A stretch of DNA of 64,000 bases from Octopus bimaculoides (lineage: Eukaryota): contig NC_068984.1 of the NCBI RefSeq assembly GCF_001194135.2, positions 29,526,248 through 29,590,247 of the forward strand, given 5' to 3'. The notes beneath the pieces are model-generated. The model ran no database searches and was not told the DNA's origin. It saw nothing but the letters and a program-made list of their open reading frames with translations. This document shows positions 26,745 through 39,230 of the stretch, piece by piece (the first letter of the stretch is position 1; every line of letters begins with the position of its first letter). Made by a program: the position numbers and the translations under genes.

Positions 26745-27462
26745 AAGTGTAAGATTAGTCTTGTGAGATTGTGGAGGTGCTGGAGCGGGAACGAGTGAAT
26801 GTGTGTTGTGCGCTAAAGCTAATAGGGAAAAGATTCTCAACCAAACTCCTCAAGGCAAAAGAAATCAGTACACACTCTTCTGGTTGAGTAATAGCAACAG
26901 CCATGACGGGCTAGGAATTCTTTTAGCTGAGAAATAGTTTATGCAGGCTGTACGATAGGATAAATTAAGATGAGATTACTTATAGGCAACTCAGCAGCGA
27001 CATGTTTGTCTGCATGATTAGTGGATGAATAGAAGGACTGTTTCTGACACCATTGACTAAAATATTTTGGGTGACGACTACAACAAACATGTTGGCCAAC
27101 AACATGATGATCGTTTCCGTAGATACATGGAAATTATAGATCATTGTTCAAGAAAGGAGCAGGGTGTAAGGCTCCGCAAGTTTTGTGGTGTAACAGTTCT
27201 AACAATTTGTATCAAACACGTTAAGAAAACAGCAAACAGCCTCATCACCTACCAATCTGACGAACGCTCAAGTTACAGGAAGTGGAACAGAAGAGCTATT
27301 GTAAATACCGCAACCTCTCCAACATAAATTAGCGACTATTGACTTCAAAGTCAGAGCTAAGCAAACACAGAAATAGACGACAATATGAAAAAGAGATACG
27401 CGAACTAAAACACTCTGCAACTGAAAACAGTTTTAGAGAAATCATAATTGACGCATTTAACA
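26745..27462 (+). mobile_element. RTE-clade LINE, AP-endonuclease fragment, decayed
   Basis: EIVEVLERERV.VCC; Y.LFW..N...GLGILLAEK; GDDYNKHVG; EQGVRL.KFC; LITYQS; DFKVRAK; ELK...FREIIIDAF, with stops and frameshifts. Confidence 0.75.
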
Positions 27463-27700
27463 GTTGGGTATTAGTGGGTGATTGGAATACTATTTTGGAT
27501 GCACGTCTGGACTGGGTGGGCGTAACTGACAGTAGAACCTTGAAAATCTGTTCAGTCATTTCCAACTGGCTGACAAGTACAGACTGGATTTCCCGGATGC
27601 GCCAATGTGGACTTGGGCAAATCGCATAGGGCCAACACGCTCATATTTAGATAGGTTGTTCATATTTAGATATGTTGTTCTGTAGGCCAACAGATAAAGA
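27463..27700 (+). mobile_element. L1/Tx1-clade LINE, AP-endonuclease fragment
   Basis: LVGDWNTILDARLDWVG, then after a frameshift DKYRLDFPDAPMWTWANRIGPTRSYLDRL. Confidence 0.75.
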
Positions 27701-27989
27701 CAGCTCCCTCTTTCTCCTCTTCAGATGATGCTTTCTTTGACTAGAAGCAATAGCAGGTACAACACCATTTGCACACAAGCGCATTTCACTAAGAGTGGGA
27801 ATAAATAGAGGGTTCAATCTGACAAGCAAAGTAAACGTTTCCAGGCTTTATTCTTGCGCTGGAGCTGCCTCAAATAATCGCGTTTTAGATATCATTTGAC
27901 CGTCAGAGAAGAGCATTGCTTTGTAAAGATGTTTGGAAATGGCAAGTGCAACAATACCTGAGCCTCTTATAAAACTATCGAACTTTCAA

Positions 27990-27990
27990 C

Positions 27991-28072
<82 letters not shown>

Positions 28073-28097
28073 GACGACGACGACGACGACGACGACG
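27990..28097. repeat. (CTA)n(CGA)n trinucleotide microsatellite
   Basis: Directly visible; produces the poly-Thr pseudo-ORF. Confidence 0.95.
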
Positions 28098-28410
28098 GCG
28101 AGAACGAAAAAAATTTGAATGATTGAAATTAAAAGTAGTCTTAGCGCAATTCTTAGAAACTTTCTTATGTTGGTTTAGTGACTTTCATGAGTTAATCTGT
28201 ATTATAATTAAGAGTGTTAGTATTGGATTGTATATTTAATACAAGATCATGCATGTGTAAAGAAAGAGTGGACAACTGAATTACCACAAGTATTTTATTA
28301 GCACTTATTCTATAGAGCAATCTCCTTTTGATCAACAAAAACCCGTTATATAGCAAAGTACGTTATCACTTCTGCTACTTCTTTGCCATTTCATAAACTA
28401 ATGTTTGTGG

Positions 28411-28553
28411 GAGTTCAAATTCCGCCGCGGTTGACTTTGCCTTTCATCCCTTCGAGGTCGATAAAATAAGTACCACTTGATCAGTAGATTCGATTTAATC
28501 GACTTAGTTCCTCCCTAAGACCTGTTGGCCTTGTGCCAAAATTTGAAACCATT
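28411..28553 (+). mobile_element. Family A SINE, 5'-truncated at the B box
   Basis: gagttcaaattccgccgcggttgactttgcctttcatcc...ggccttgtgccaaaatttgaaacc. Confidence 0.85.
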
Positions 28554-29421
28554 ATTTGGGGAAGTCGCGACCAAAGAACAGCTCCAAGTCTTCGGTCAAA
28601 AATTTCTCTCTGAAAAGACAGGAGTTAGACAGTTGTGAATGACAATGTTTAGATTCATTACTAAACCGCTGCTTAACAATTTATTTCAATATAAAAACAA
28701 ATAATGAAAGCGCATGGTGGAAGAGACAAAATGGAAGAATCTGCAATCATTAATCACGTCCATCTATATTCTAAATTCAAATCCCTCTGGTATAGATTTC
28801 AACAAATACAGAATGCGATAAATGGCTAAGAAGTATATAATAAATCAGCGCAATTAGGGGTACTTGGCAAAACTGGAGAAAATCTTCATTAAAAAAAATA
28901 GATATTCAGACAATTGCGATAGCTTCTTCAAATAAATTGTAAGACACAATATAATTGTAATGATAATTGTCATATGTTTATCTTTTGAGTTCAAAGCTTC
29001 GCTTTCAAGTATAGAGCAAAAGTGTAGACTGAATCTCGATTTAAAAAAATGCAGCTAAACATTTGAAATGATATTCATATAAATATAGTAACATATTTAT
29101 TTATATTTTTAAGTATTGTCTCATTTTAAAGAATATGTTGCGCTGAAGAAAAATGCAAGGATCGAACCTAGAAAAAGCTACCCAATCTCCTTGAAATCAC
29201 ATATTAACATTTTGAAACACAAAAGACACATGAGACAAATTAATTCCAAGAATAGAGAAACTGGATTGTAGTGAAGAAGATACTGGTTGTATGGGTTAAT
29301 ATCAGTTGAACCTGCATTGACAATTGGATTAACTTTCTGTTGGACATTTTGTTTGTAGGCTTTTGTCGGTCACTGTTGACCAGGGCTAAACAAGAACAGC
29401 TATTAATATTTATGTATGTAA

Positions 29422-29637
29422 GGCTGATCGGCAGAATCATTAGCATGCCAAACAAAAAGCTTAGCAGCATATCGTCCGTCCTCACATTCGGAGTTCAAAT
29501 TTCGCTATGGCCGGTTTTGCCTTTTATTCTTTGGGAATCGGTAAAATAGGTACCAGCTCAGCATTTGGTGTCGATATAATCGACTTAACCCTTCCTCCAC
29601 CTAAATTGCTCGCCTTGAGGCAAAATTTGAAACCAAT
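29422..29637 (+). mobile_element. Family A SINE (diverged)
   Basis: ggcagaatcattagcatgcc...ggagttcaaatttcgc...gcaaaatttgaaacca. Confidence 0.8.
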
Positions 29638-29743
29638 ACATATGTATCCATGTATATAGTTACTATTTTTAAATGCATACTTATATACACGCATATATAT
29701 ACATAAAACTGAATAATGACATACATACATATGTCTTCTTTGA

Positions 29744-30347
29744 TGCAGACTTTGTGGAGTTAACACCAAAATATAACCCACATTATAAGCAGTTGTCCGA
29801 AAATGTCATCGCGGTTTTATCTACCGATGGCACTTGATGTTTTGCTAGGACACTGTATAACGAGATCAATTGAAAGGATAACCCCGAGGACAAAGAAATA
29901 AGAGGCCACAGTATGGTGGAAGCCAAAGCTACTCATTATAAAAAAGGAGTACTGGTGGAATGTCCCGGCGAAAATCTCAGTAAAAAGTAAACACAATAGA
30001 ATTGATATAGTGATTTGGGAAAGAGAAGAGTAACTATATACAATTGTGGAAATCAATTGCCCAGTGGGTGTTAGCATAAAGCTGAAGATCAATGAAAAAG
30101 AGAACATCTACACTGAACTATTGAGAAATCTGAAGTTACTCTATCCAGATTACAAGTTTAGGTTTATACCTGTAATTTTTTTTTTGGGGGGGGGGCACTG
30201 GAATATGTACCACACAGTCTAAATACCAATCTTGAGAAATTAGGTTTCTCAAAACCAGAAAGGAGAAAGCTAATTTGAAGACTAAAGATCTAAGTTATCA
30301 CTGGAACTGTAAAAATCTGTAAAACTTTCCAGAAGTTTATCATTTAA
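29744..30347 (+). mobile_element. 3' end of an RLE-type non-LTR retrotransposon, distinct from the Dong-like family
   Basis: CRLCGV...THIISSCPKMSSRFY (CCHC), YWWNVP...HNRIDIVIW...IVEINCP...KENIYTELLRNLKLLYPDYKFRFIPVI..GAL...ITGTVKICKTF-stop. Confidence 0.8.
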
Positions 30348-30419
30348 ATATATATGAGCATGTCTAGATATACAAGTATACGCACAAGCAGACACATAAA
30401 GCAAAACATACAAATCTGC

Positions 30420-30483
30420 ACGTATACATACATGCATACATAAATGTATACCTACCTACCTACATACATACATACATACCTTC

Positions 30484-30531
<48 letters not shown>

Positions 30532-30545
30532 ACACATTCATACAT
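30420..30545. repeat. (TACA)n/(TCTA)n microsatellite
   Basis: Directly visible. Confidence 0.95.
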
Positions 30546-31199
30546 ACTCGTATCTAAGAAGACATTTAGCTAAACCGCCTGAATTTCAACTACTTTTAGA
30601 GAATATATGTATAAAAGTTAATCACCATTAATCAAAAATGGTTCGTAATTGACAACGAGAAGCAATACAAGTTGCGTTAAAGTATGTCTAGCATACATAA
30701 TCATTACATGGTATAGATAGTCATCTCTGTATCGTAATATCTAATACTACTACAAATACCAAAAATAAAAGCAAAGTTCTGGATTTAAGTATTTTGGAAA
30801 CGAATCGCATTTCAGTAGATGACTTCATACGTGAATCACGCAAGCTTATTACGACAAATGACTGGAGGATTTATAATAAATACATGGTAGTGAGAAATCT
30901 ATGAAAATTACTACTGCAAATTCCTTTTCAATTTGAGAGACAATTCTGTCATGTCTTATTTATTGATTCATTTTTTATATTTTAAAATGCAAAATACTGT
31001 TGAGGAAGTAAACAGCAGGACTCTCTCATTTCTGTTTTGTCTTTTCCTTTTTTTAATATAATCTTTGTGTCTTTCTTCTCTTTTAGCTTTTACTTTCTTC
31101 ATCTTCGTTTGTAAATGTTATAAAATGCAAAAAAAGAAAACCAGTTGCACAGAATACTACTATTCGAGCAGTATATTGTTTCATGAGCCTTTTCAGGTA

Positions 31200-31680
31200 T
31201 CTCGGGTATTTTAGCTCCGAGTTTGGAAATAAAGTTTAAAATTAGGTGGCATTTAACAGCACTGCTCTCCAGCATTTCTGTCCAAGAAAGAAGATTGTTA
31301 GTCAAATTGTTACCATGGTTAATTTTTTCATCCTTTGGTTTCTTCGACACCGATGACCAGTTTTGATCCTATCAATAACCAAGTGGTAATTGTCAGGTTT
31401 TGTCCAGCTTCCAATGAAAACTGTTTTTCGTCGGGCATTTGTCTGGCGACCGTTGCTAAATACTTGGTTTTGAGACAGCTTTAGACACAACTGGCTTCTT
31501 AATCGTATTGTCCTCAGCTTGGCGTGGACAGGCTTCACATTTGGACGAAGAAAGATACGTTGTGATAATCTCTGGTGTTAATTTGTGCAGAGACGTTAGT
31601 TTAGCTGAATGTATTGGTTGACAGCGTAAGATCAACGGTGGTTCTGAAATCAACTGGAGTCAGAATGTTGCTCAAAATGG
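31200..31680 (-). mobile_element. Possible piggyBac transposase remnant
   Basis: Minus strand GQNLTITTW ... KKLTMV ... PEIP resembles the piggyBac RNITCDNW ... KLTIVGT ... REIP stretch; catalytic D absent, several frameshifts. Confidence 0.3.
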
Positions 31681-32657
31681 TGAGCATGCTATAGCACATA
31701 CTCAACAGCTAGGAAAACTACGGGGATACTGATCTGCTTTGAATAGTATATCATCAAGAATTTGTTGCAAATACCATTCTATGAATATTGTAGTGTCGCA
31801 GACTTAACTTTGAAAACGTATGCTGTCTGGATAAGCAGAGCTCCACACATGAAGTGCGTTCTTTATGTCTTAAAACGTCAGAACATCGAACACCGGGGAA
31901 TGAGAGAAGCCATAACGGAAAGCGAGGCATGAATGGGAGGTAAGAAGCAGTAGTGATTATCTCCTCTTCTCTGTGAGTCGCTAACAACCGTGGCCAGAAT
32001 ATCTGATTTGTTTTTTGAACTATAAGGGCTTTTGACTTAACTAACTTATTACACCACCTCTACGTAAGTTCATATCATAGGTAAAACCATATGTTATTTT
32101 CGTAAGCACAAAACCTATTAATTTGGAAAATTATTAGTGGTAAAAGCTGTAACACTTTTTCTAATTGTAAAAAAATATTTTTCCATAAATACAAGGATAT
32201 ACTTAGTACAGGCAATCATACACGCATGTTAAACAGGTTTGCGCACACACACGTATATGACAGGCACTAACGCACACGTATTCGCAATCACACACACACG
32301 CATACATATACAAACACACACATTCATGGAACTAATAACACATCCACATCCACGCAGTCATACAAGTATACACACACACACAAGACAACATACATACACA
32401 AACAACATACATAAACACACACACGTATGCGTGCGCTTCAAATTTTGCTTCTGTCAGCTTCCGAGACAAGATCCCCTCCTCCAGCAGCTTCTTGTCTAAC
32501 CACGCACGCAGTAAAAGAAATTCTCCTTTCTAATGCATCTGGTGTTGCTAAAATGTCGATCTCACTTCTAACAAAAACATATCACCTGCTTCGAAGAATA
32601 GCACCCCATCTTCCAGCAGCCAGCTTGGACTTCCTGTGATGCTCCATTGGGGCCGAA

Positions 32658-32910
32658 GTCTTAACTGGTACGTCACACGTCACTATGAATTTTCTTTAAT
32701 TTTTTCCGCCTTTATTTTCTTAGTTTACTTTCTATTTTTTTGTTTTTTCCTTTTTCTCTTTGCCTTTCTTCCTCTTTTCTTCTTTCACATGACTTTGTAA
32801 ATGAACAAAATGATGTGTTTATTTTAATGGCCTACCAATGTATACAGAGCGTTTCTCTGCCATAGGTTTCAGGAAGGCCTTCGGCAAGAAATGGAGACAG
32901 AATTGAAAGA
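32658..32910 (+). mobile_element. R4/Dong-like LINE, short 5'-truncated copy 1 (ORF end and 3' UTR)
   Basis: gtcttaactggtacgtcacac...cacatgactttgtaaatgaac...ggcaagaaatgg matches the ends of the copies at 32961-33800 and 35321-39230; followed by a GAT/AAC/AAT tract. Confidence 0.85.
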
Positions 32911-32960
32911 TGGTGATGATGATAACAACAACAACAATAATAATGATAACAATAATAATA

Positions 32961-33800
32961 GACCCGGAACTACCAAGCTAATGTGATAAAAATGGAGTAG
33001 ACCCACAATACCGATACTGCTATGATGATATTGAAACAGTGGACCACCTAATCTCTGGGTGTAAGGTTTTAGAACCGGTAGAGTATAAATCAAGACATGG
33101 CAGAGTTGGTCAATATCTACACTGGTTAATATGTCAGCATCATAATATCAAAACTGCTGACAAATGGTGATAGCATCACCTGAGGATGTGACTGAGGAAG
33201 AAAATATAACGAGTCTTTGGGAATTTCCAGTACATACAGACCGGGCCATCAAAGTTAATAAACCATATATTGTTGTGAAAGACCAAAAGATTAAATCTAT
33301 TTATTGATTGACATGAGCATACCTTGTGATCATAATATCGCGGCAAAAGAATTTGATAGTCTCAGAAAATATAAAGATTTGTTGATTGAAATCGAAAAAA
33401 ATGTGGCATCTCAAGACGGTTACAATACCAGTAGGAGCATTTGGAATAATTAAAGAGGAAACTGAAAATTATTTGAGAATGATACCTAGCTTACCATCCG
33501 TGCCAGAAGTAAAAAAAGATTGTCTTTACTGATACGTCACACGTACTGAGAAGAGCATTGTTGTTGTGACTTTTCTCTTCTTTTCCCCTTTATTTTCTTT
33601 GTTTTATTTTTCACTTTTTCTTTGTTTCCTTCTTTCTTTTTTTCTCTCACTGTATTTCTTTCCCTTCTTTTTCTATCACATGACTTTGTAAATGAACACT
33701 CTGGTCTGTTTATTTTGATGACCTACCGATATATACAGTGAGTTTCTTTGCCTTAGCTGTTGAGAAGACACTCGGCAAGAAATGGAAATAAAACTGAAAG
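32961..33800 (+). mobile_element. R4/Dong-like LINE, 5'-truncated copy 2 (CCHC, RLE, 3' UTR)
   Basis: TRNYQA...YRYC...ETVDHLISGCKVL...RH..VGQYLHW.ICQH...KPYIVVKD...LIDMSIPCDHN..KEFD.L.KYKDL; flanked on both sides by AAT/GAT tracts. Confidence 0.9.
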
Positions 33801-33887
33801 AAGAAGATGATGATGATGATGTTGATGATGATGATGATGATGATGATGGTGATGATGATAATAATAATAATAATAATAATAATAATT

Positions 33888-34108
33888 TAATTCTTTATTG
33901 CCCACAGGGGGGTAAACATAGAGGGGTCAAACAAAGGGTTTAAGCCGATTACACCGACCCCAGTGCGTAACTGGTACTTATTTAATCGACCCAGAAAGGA
34001 TGAAAGGCAAAGTCGACCTCGGCGGAGTTAGACCTCAGAACGTAACGGCAGACGAAATACCGCTAAGCATTTCACCCTGTGTGCTAACGATTCTGCCAGC
34101 TCGTCGCC
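33888..34108 (-). mobile_element. Family A SINE variant with an alternative 3' tail, within (AAT)n
   Basis: Head and body are family A; the 3' ~55 nt (ccctttgtttgacccctctatgtttacccccctgtgggcaataaagaatt) differ from the ggccttgtgcc tail of other copies. Confidence 0.85.
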
Positions 34109-34117
34109 TTTAATAAA

Positions 34118-34189
<72 letters not shown>

Positions 34190-34190
<1 letters not shown>

Positions 34191-34412
34191 TGCATGTGCC
34201 TGGTGTACCCTTATCAGACGGGTAGTCATGATGGGTATATTGGGCTTTGTATATTTTACCCCAGNNNNNNNNNNATTTAATCGACCCAGAAAGGATGAAA
34301 GGCAAAGTCGACCTCGGCGGAGTTAGACCTCAGAACGTAACGGCAGACGAAATACCGCTAAGCATTTCACCCTGTGTGCTAACGATTCTGCCAGCTCGTC
34401 GCCTTTAATAAA

Positions 34413-34485
<73 letters not shown>

Positions 34486-34596
34486 TGCATGTGCCTGGTG
34501 TACCCTTATCAGACGGGTAGTCATGATGGGTATATTGGGCTTTGTATATTTTACCCCAGTGTCACTTTGGTGGCATGCACTGCTCTCTCACTCAAT
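34190..34596 (+). mobile_element. 3'-terminal ~110-bp copy of non-coding element D (first occurrence 34190-34264 is probably an assembly duplicate of 34485-34559)
   Basis: atgcatgtgcctggtgtacccttatcagacggg...gcactgctctctcactcaat, near-identical to 35066-35176 and bounded by (AAT)n. Confidence 0.8.
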
Positions 34597-34633
34597 GATA
34601 ATAATAATAATGATGATAATAATAACAATAATA

Positions 34634-35176
34634 AACGCCTTGATGCAGTACCAGGCAGTGACTCTCATGGCTTCTGATCTTAACTGATTGGAAGTGCTAT
34701 CATGTACATTATTTTGTTTTGGTATAAAAGATGGGTAACAGCCAATTTTCTGCTCAATACCACAGATTTGCTTATCAGTTGTTTGACCTTAACCGACATA
34801 TTATTTGGTGGTGAACGATACGTGCATCTGTGATCACGAGCATAAGTAGAGGGCGAATATCATAGGCATGTGTGGAGAGGGAATTCTTGGGACATTGAAT
34901 AGTTCACCTCTAGAAACATGGGTGTTTCGTTCAACATCCTTAAACAACCCTTATTCAAGTGTTGAGCTACTCGACCAGAAGAAAACTCTAGCTGGGCTCA
35001 ACCTGCAAGGTCACGCGCTGTTTATCTTGATATGAGGTCACCATGTCGCGCAAATATGCTTTTGATGCATGTGCCTGGTGTACCCTTATCAGACGGGTAG
35101 TCATGATGGGTATATTGGGCTTCGTATATTTTGCACCAGTTTCACTTTGATGGCATGCACTGCTCTCTCACTCAAT
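34634..35176 (+). mobile_element. ~540-bp non-coding element D bounded by (AAT)n on both sides
   Basis: No long ORF and no tRNA-like head seen; its 3' end recurs upstream as a truncated copy; it ends directly in (AAT)n. Confidence 0.65.
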
Positions 35177-35180
35177 GATA

Positions 35181-35244
<64 letters not shown>

Positions 35245-35252
35245 CGATACTA

Positions 35253-35320
<68 letters not shown>

Positions 35321-35321
<1 letters not shown>

Positions 35322-38300
35322 GCTGACCTCCCCACCATCTGCCAAATCTATTTATATACCTGTAGAATTTGAACTAGTCATCAAGCTGCTAGTCTTCCCC
35401 CAACTGTTTCCTCCAACAACCACATATTTACGATTATCTCAAGTGCAGGACAACAGTTGAAAACAAAGAACATTTAATAATTTTTTAAAATAATAAATGG
35501 AAATAATAATAATGGTAATAACAATAGTAGTGGTGGTGATGGTGATAATGATAAAAATAAAAATAATGATAATATACTGCAGCTGCTAATACTACAACTT
35601 CTACTATTCTGATAGCACAGGATTCTGAGGCCCAACTACCACTACTGCCTCCCACATGTGTAACCTCTGAGACTGTTAATATAACAAAAAATGAAAACAA
35701 TAATACCAGTGATATCAGAGAAGATAAAAATAATAATAATGAAAGGAAGCGCGTGGAGCCTCTCCATGGACTGATGAATGATACATCTAGTGATGGTGCC
35801 ACAATAAAAACACTGGTAATTGGACAACTTGATAATCGCTACCTCATATGAGTGACAATGAAAAAACAAAATATTGTGAATAACGGTGGTAATGAAACTG
35901 AAGGCATTGATGGTGACAGTGTTGCACCCGGCAGACTCAGAGAGACTCTGCTTCGGCTCCAGCCTGTCGATATCCAGAAAAGGACCACCACACACGGCGT
36001 AGATGGAACAAGTGAATTAATGCTGTGGTCATGGAGTGTTACTACCTGAGCAGACCGGTAGCTGAAAATGGTGCTCAAATTAGGGGTCACCAACAACGTA
36101 TGTATAATCATTAGAGGGAAAAGGGATTGTTTTAACTCACGGAATAGAGACTATGTGATCAAGCTAGAGCAACAGGAAAAAATTGTTGGTTCACAAAAGT
36201 AGAGCTGGAAGCTATCAAAATAGCAGTAGATATAGCGATGAAAATGCAGTTTTACTAATGGAAGTACTCTCATAGCACAGGAAAGGAGCAGTGGTAGTCT
36301 ACTTATGAGAGACATATTGATGATTTAAAAGAAGGCAATAAAACCAATGGCAACATGACAGATAGATAAAAGGAAATCTACAACAAAATAAAGGCAAGAC
36401 TACAGGAGAACGATAGCGACATTATTTGCAACCTTAAAAAGGTTGACCGGTGAAATTTGAACCAAGAAACGAAAAATGTCAATGAAATTCTGAAATACAT
36501 CAGAACAAACAACATCACAGAAACAAATAATTTGATCAAAGCAGCAAGTATTGTTGTAACAGAAAATGTGGGTGTTGATGTCAAGAAAAAGAAATATAAT
36601 GGAAGTGACAAAAGAAAAGATCCATGGCGGAAAAGAAGAATACAGGCAGGGTTAGATATGCTCTCGAAGGAAAATTCTGGTGTAAGACCGAAAAGAGAAA
36701 GGAGAGCTTAAACTCGAACAAAAATACAGGGAGCTGAAAAGGAAGAATAATATTGAAAGAAAGGGCCTGAAATTCGTAGGAGGAACTAAAACAGCGCCTC
36801 GTTGCAAAGAAAGCATAGATGGTAAGATACGACCACAGAATGAAGGGTTACCACCAGAATAGGTTATTCAGAGTAGATCAGAAGAGATTCTATAAAGAAA
36901 TAAATGGAGAGTGTACAGATGAAAAGTCAAGGGTTTTGGAGTGACGTTTAAAGTAAAGACAAGGAGTACAAGAAGGATGATGAATGGTTGCAAGAACTGA
37001 AAGAAACAGTAGTCTGCCTCGAACAGGCTGAACTAGTGATTTCAGTTAGGGAAGTGAAGAAAATCAGCAAAAATAAGCATCTGGAAGGCCCCGGGACCAG
37101 ATAGAGTTCAAGGTGACTGGATGAAAAGATTTGGTGAATGTCAAGCACGAAAAGCTGCACAACTCAGCACCTTGTTGAATGCCGACCAAGTAACATCAGA
37201 GTGGTTGATATTGGATAGGACAGTGCTGTGCTGGAAAACATCGAAAAAGGCAATACGGTAGACAATTACAGGCCGATATTAACTTTCCCACTTATGTGGA
37301 AGTTATTGACTGGAATACTCGAGGAGTCAATCTACAAACATAGGGAAAAATGGAGTCCTGCCACATGATCCTTTACAAGGATCAACTTCTGATAGCCAAA
37401 ATTCTACTTAGAGACTGCAGACGTAGAAAAGTAACTTGGCCATGTCATCGATCGACTATCGTAAGGCATACGATGATTCCACACTCTTGGATAATGGAAT
37501 GCATGAACCTATTTCGAATTGCATTGAATGTTGAGCGATTGCTTGGAAAAAGTATGGCGAATTGGAGGACGGACTTGACAACATACGGAAGAAGTTTAGG
37601 GACAGTAGAAATTTGGAGGGGCATCTTTCAAGGGACTGCCTGTCCCCACTGATCTTTGTACTGTGCTAAAACTGATTCTGAGGAAAGCAACAGCAGGCTA
37701 TGTATTCAAAAGCCGCCAAGAAAAAGTCAACCATTTGTTATTCATGGATGACCTCAAACTTTATGGTAAAGATGAAGCCCGAATCAGTTCGCTTATACGG
37801 TGTATACTTTTAGTGCTGATATTACAATGGAGTTCGGACTGAGAAAGTGTGGTGTGTTAGAATTGAAGAGAGGCAAAATCAAATGTACGGACGGGCTATC
37901 GGTACCGTCGGCGGAGGTTATGAAGCAGATACAAGAAACGGGCTATAAGTATTTGGGGATTTTGGAAATGTAAATTGATGGAGAAAGAAATGACAGAAAA
38001 ATTTAAGGTGGAGTACGTGCGCAGACTGAGGCTGATCCTTAGTCGAAATTAAACGGATGGAATTAGATTGAAGTTATCAACACCTTGGCGGTTTCACTCT
38101 TTAGATAAGGAGCAGGGGTGATCGCATGGGCAGTAGACGAACTAAGCAGCATAGACGAAAAGAAGACAAGGAACTTACTAACTAGATATAAGACACTCCA
38201 CCCAAAAAGTGACACAGACAGTCTGTATGTACCAAGAAAAAGAGGGGGAAGAGGATTTATTGGATGCGAACACAGCATTAGAGCAGAAGAAAACAACATA

Positions 38301-39230
38301 GCATGGTATGTAAAAAATGCCAGAGAACCGCTAATATTAGAAGTAAGAACGTCAGGCTTGTGTAGGATGGAAGATTGCAAAGAGAATGAAGGCTGCCCAA
38401 GTTCAGAGCTTATTCACCCGGAACTATCAAGCTAATGTGACGAAACATGGTGTGGATCCAAAGTGTCGACACTACAACGATGGGATGGAAACAGTGGACT
38501 ACCTAATCTCTGGATATAAGGTTTTTTGTTCCTATAGAGTAGAAATCAAGACATGACAGAGTTGGCTAATTTCTACATTGGATAATGTATCAGCATAAAA
38601 TCAAAACTGCGGACAAATGTACGAGCACCACCCTGAAGCTGTAACTGAGGGAGGAAATGTAACTATTCTTTAAGACTTCCCAGGAAGTACAGACCGGACC
38701 ATCAAAACAAACCAGATTTTGTTGTGAAAGACCAAAACAATAAAGTCTGTTTATTGATTGATATGAGTATACCCTGTGACCATAATACCTTCGTAAAAGA
38801 ATTTGATAAACTCAGAAAATATATAGATTTGCTAATCGAAATCGAAAAGATGTGGCATCTCACGACGGTTACAATACCAGTGATTGTAGGAGCACATGGA
38901 ATGATCAAAAAAAGGAACTGAAAATTATTTAAGAATGATCTCTGGTTTACTATCCATGCAGGAAGTGCAAAAGATTGTCTTAACTGGTACATCACAACAC
39001 TGTGGCTGTGAGTATTCTTTCCCCCCCCCTTATTTTATTTCTTTACTTTATTATTTTTATTATTTTTTTTATTTTTCCTTCTGTCTTTCCCTTTTTCTCT
39101 ATCACATGACTTTGTAAATGAACAATCTGGTGTGTTTATTTTAATGTCCTACTAATATGTACAGTATGTTTCTCTACCCTAGGAGTCAGGAAGACACGAT
39201 AAGAAATGGAAGCAGAATTGAAAAAAAAAA
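35321..39230 (+). mobile_element. Near-full-length R4/Dong-clade LINE (RT plus restriction-like endonuclease), inactivated
   Basis: N-terminal RRWNK.INAVVMECYYLSRP...RLCDQAR...WFTKVELE; ITETNNLIKAA; WKAPGPD; RGIFQGDCLSPL; catalytic FMDDLKLY at 37741-37764; LYVPRKRGGRG; CCHC-like region; LLIDMSIPCDHN..KEFDKL.KY.DL..EIEKMW; 3' UTR, A10, then (AAT)n. Many stops and frameshifts. Confidence 0.92.

Noticed and set aside
32430-32655. GC-richer minus-strand segment that might be a LINE fragment
   Set aside because: No diagnostic motif; stops in all plausible frames.
33980-34559. Apparent 295-bp tandem duplication (SINE, AAT tract, element D tail)
   Set aside because: The two copies appear identical, including AAT tract length, and are the exact ends of two contigs separated by 10 Ns; this is typical of an unmerged overlap.
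35321-35460. HDV-like ribozyme at the 5' end of the R4/Dong-like LINE
   Set aside because: Such ribozymes are known in related clades, but I could not find a P1 partner for ggctgac or the P1.1/P3 pattern by eye.
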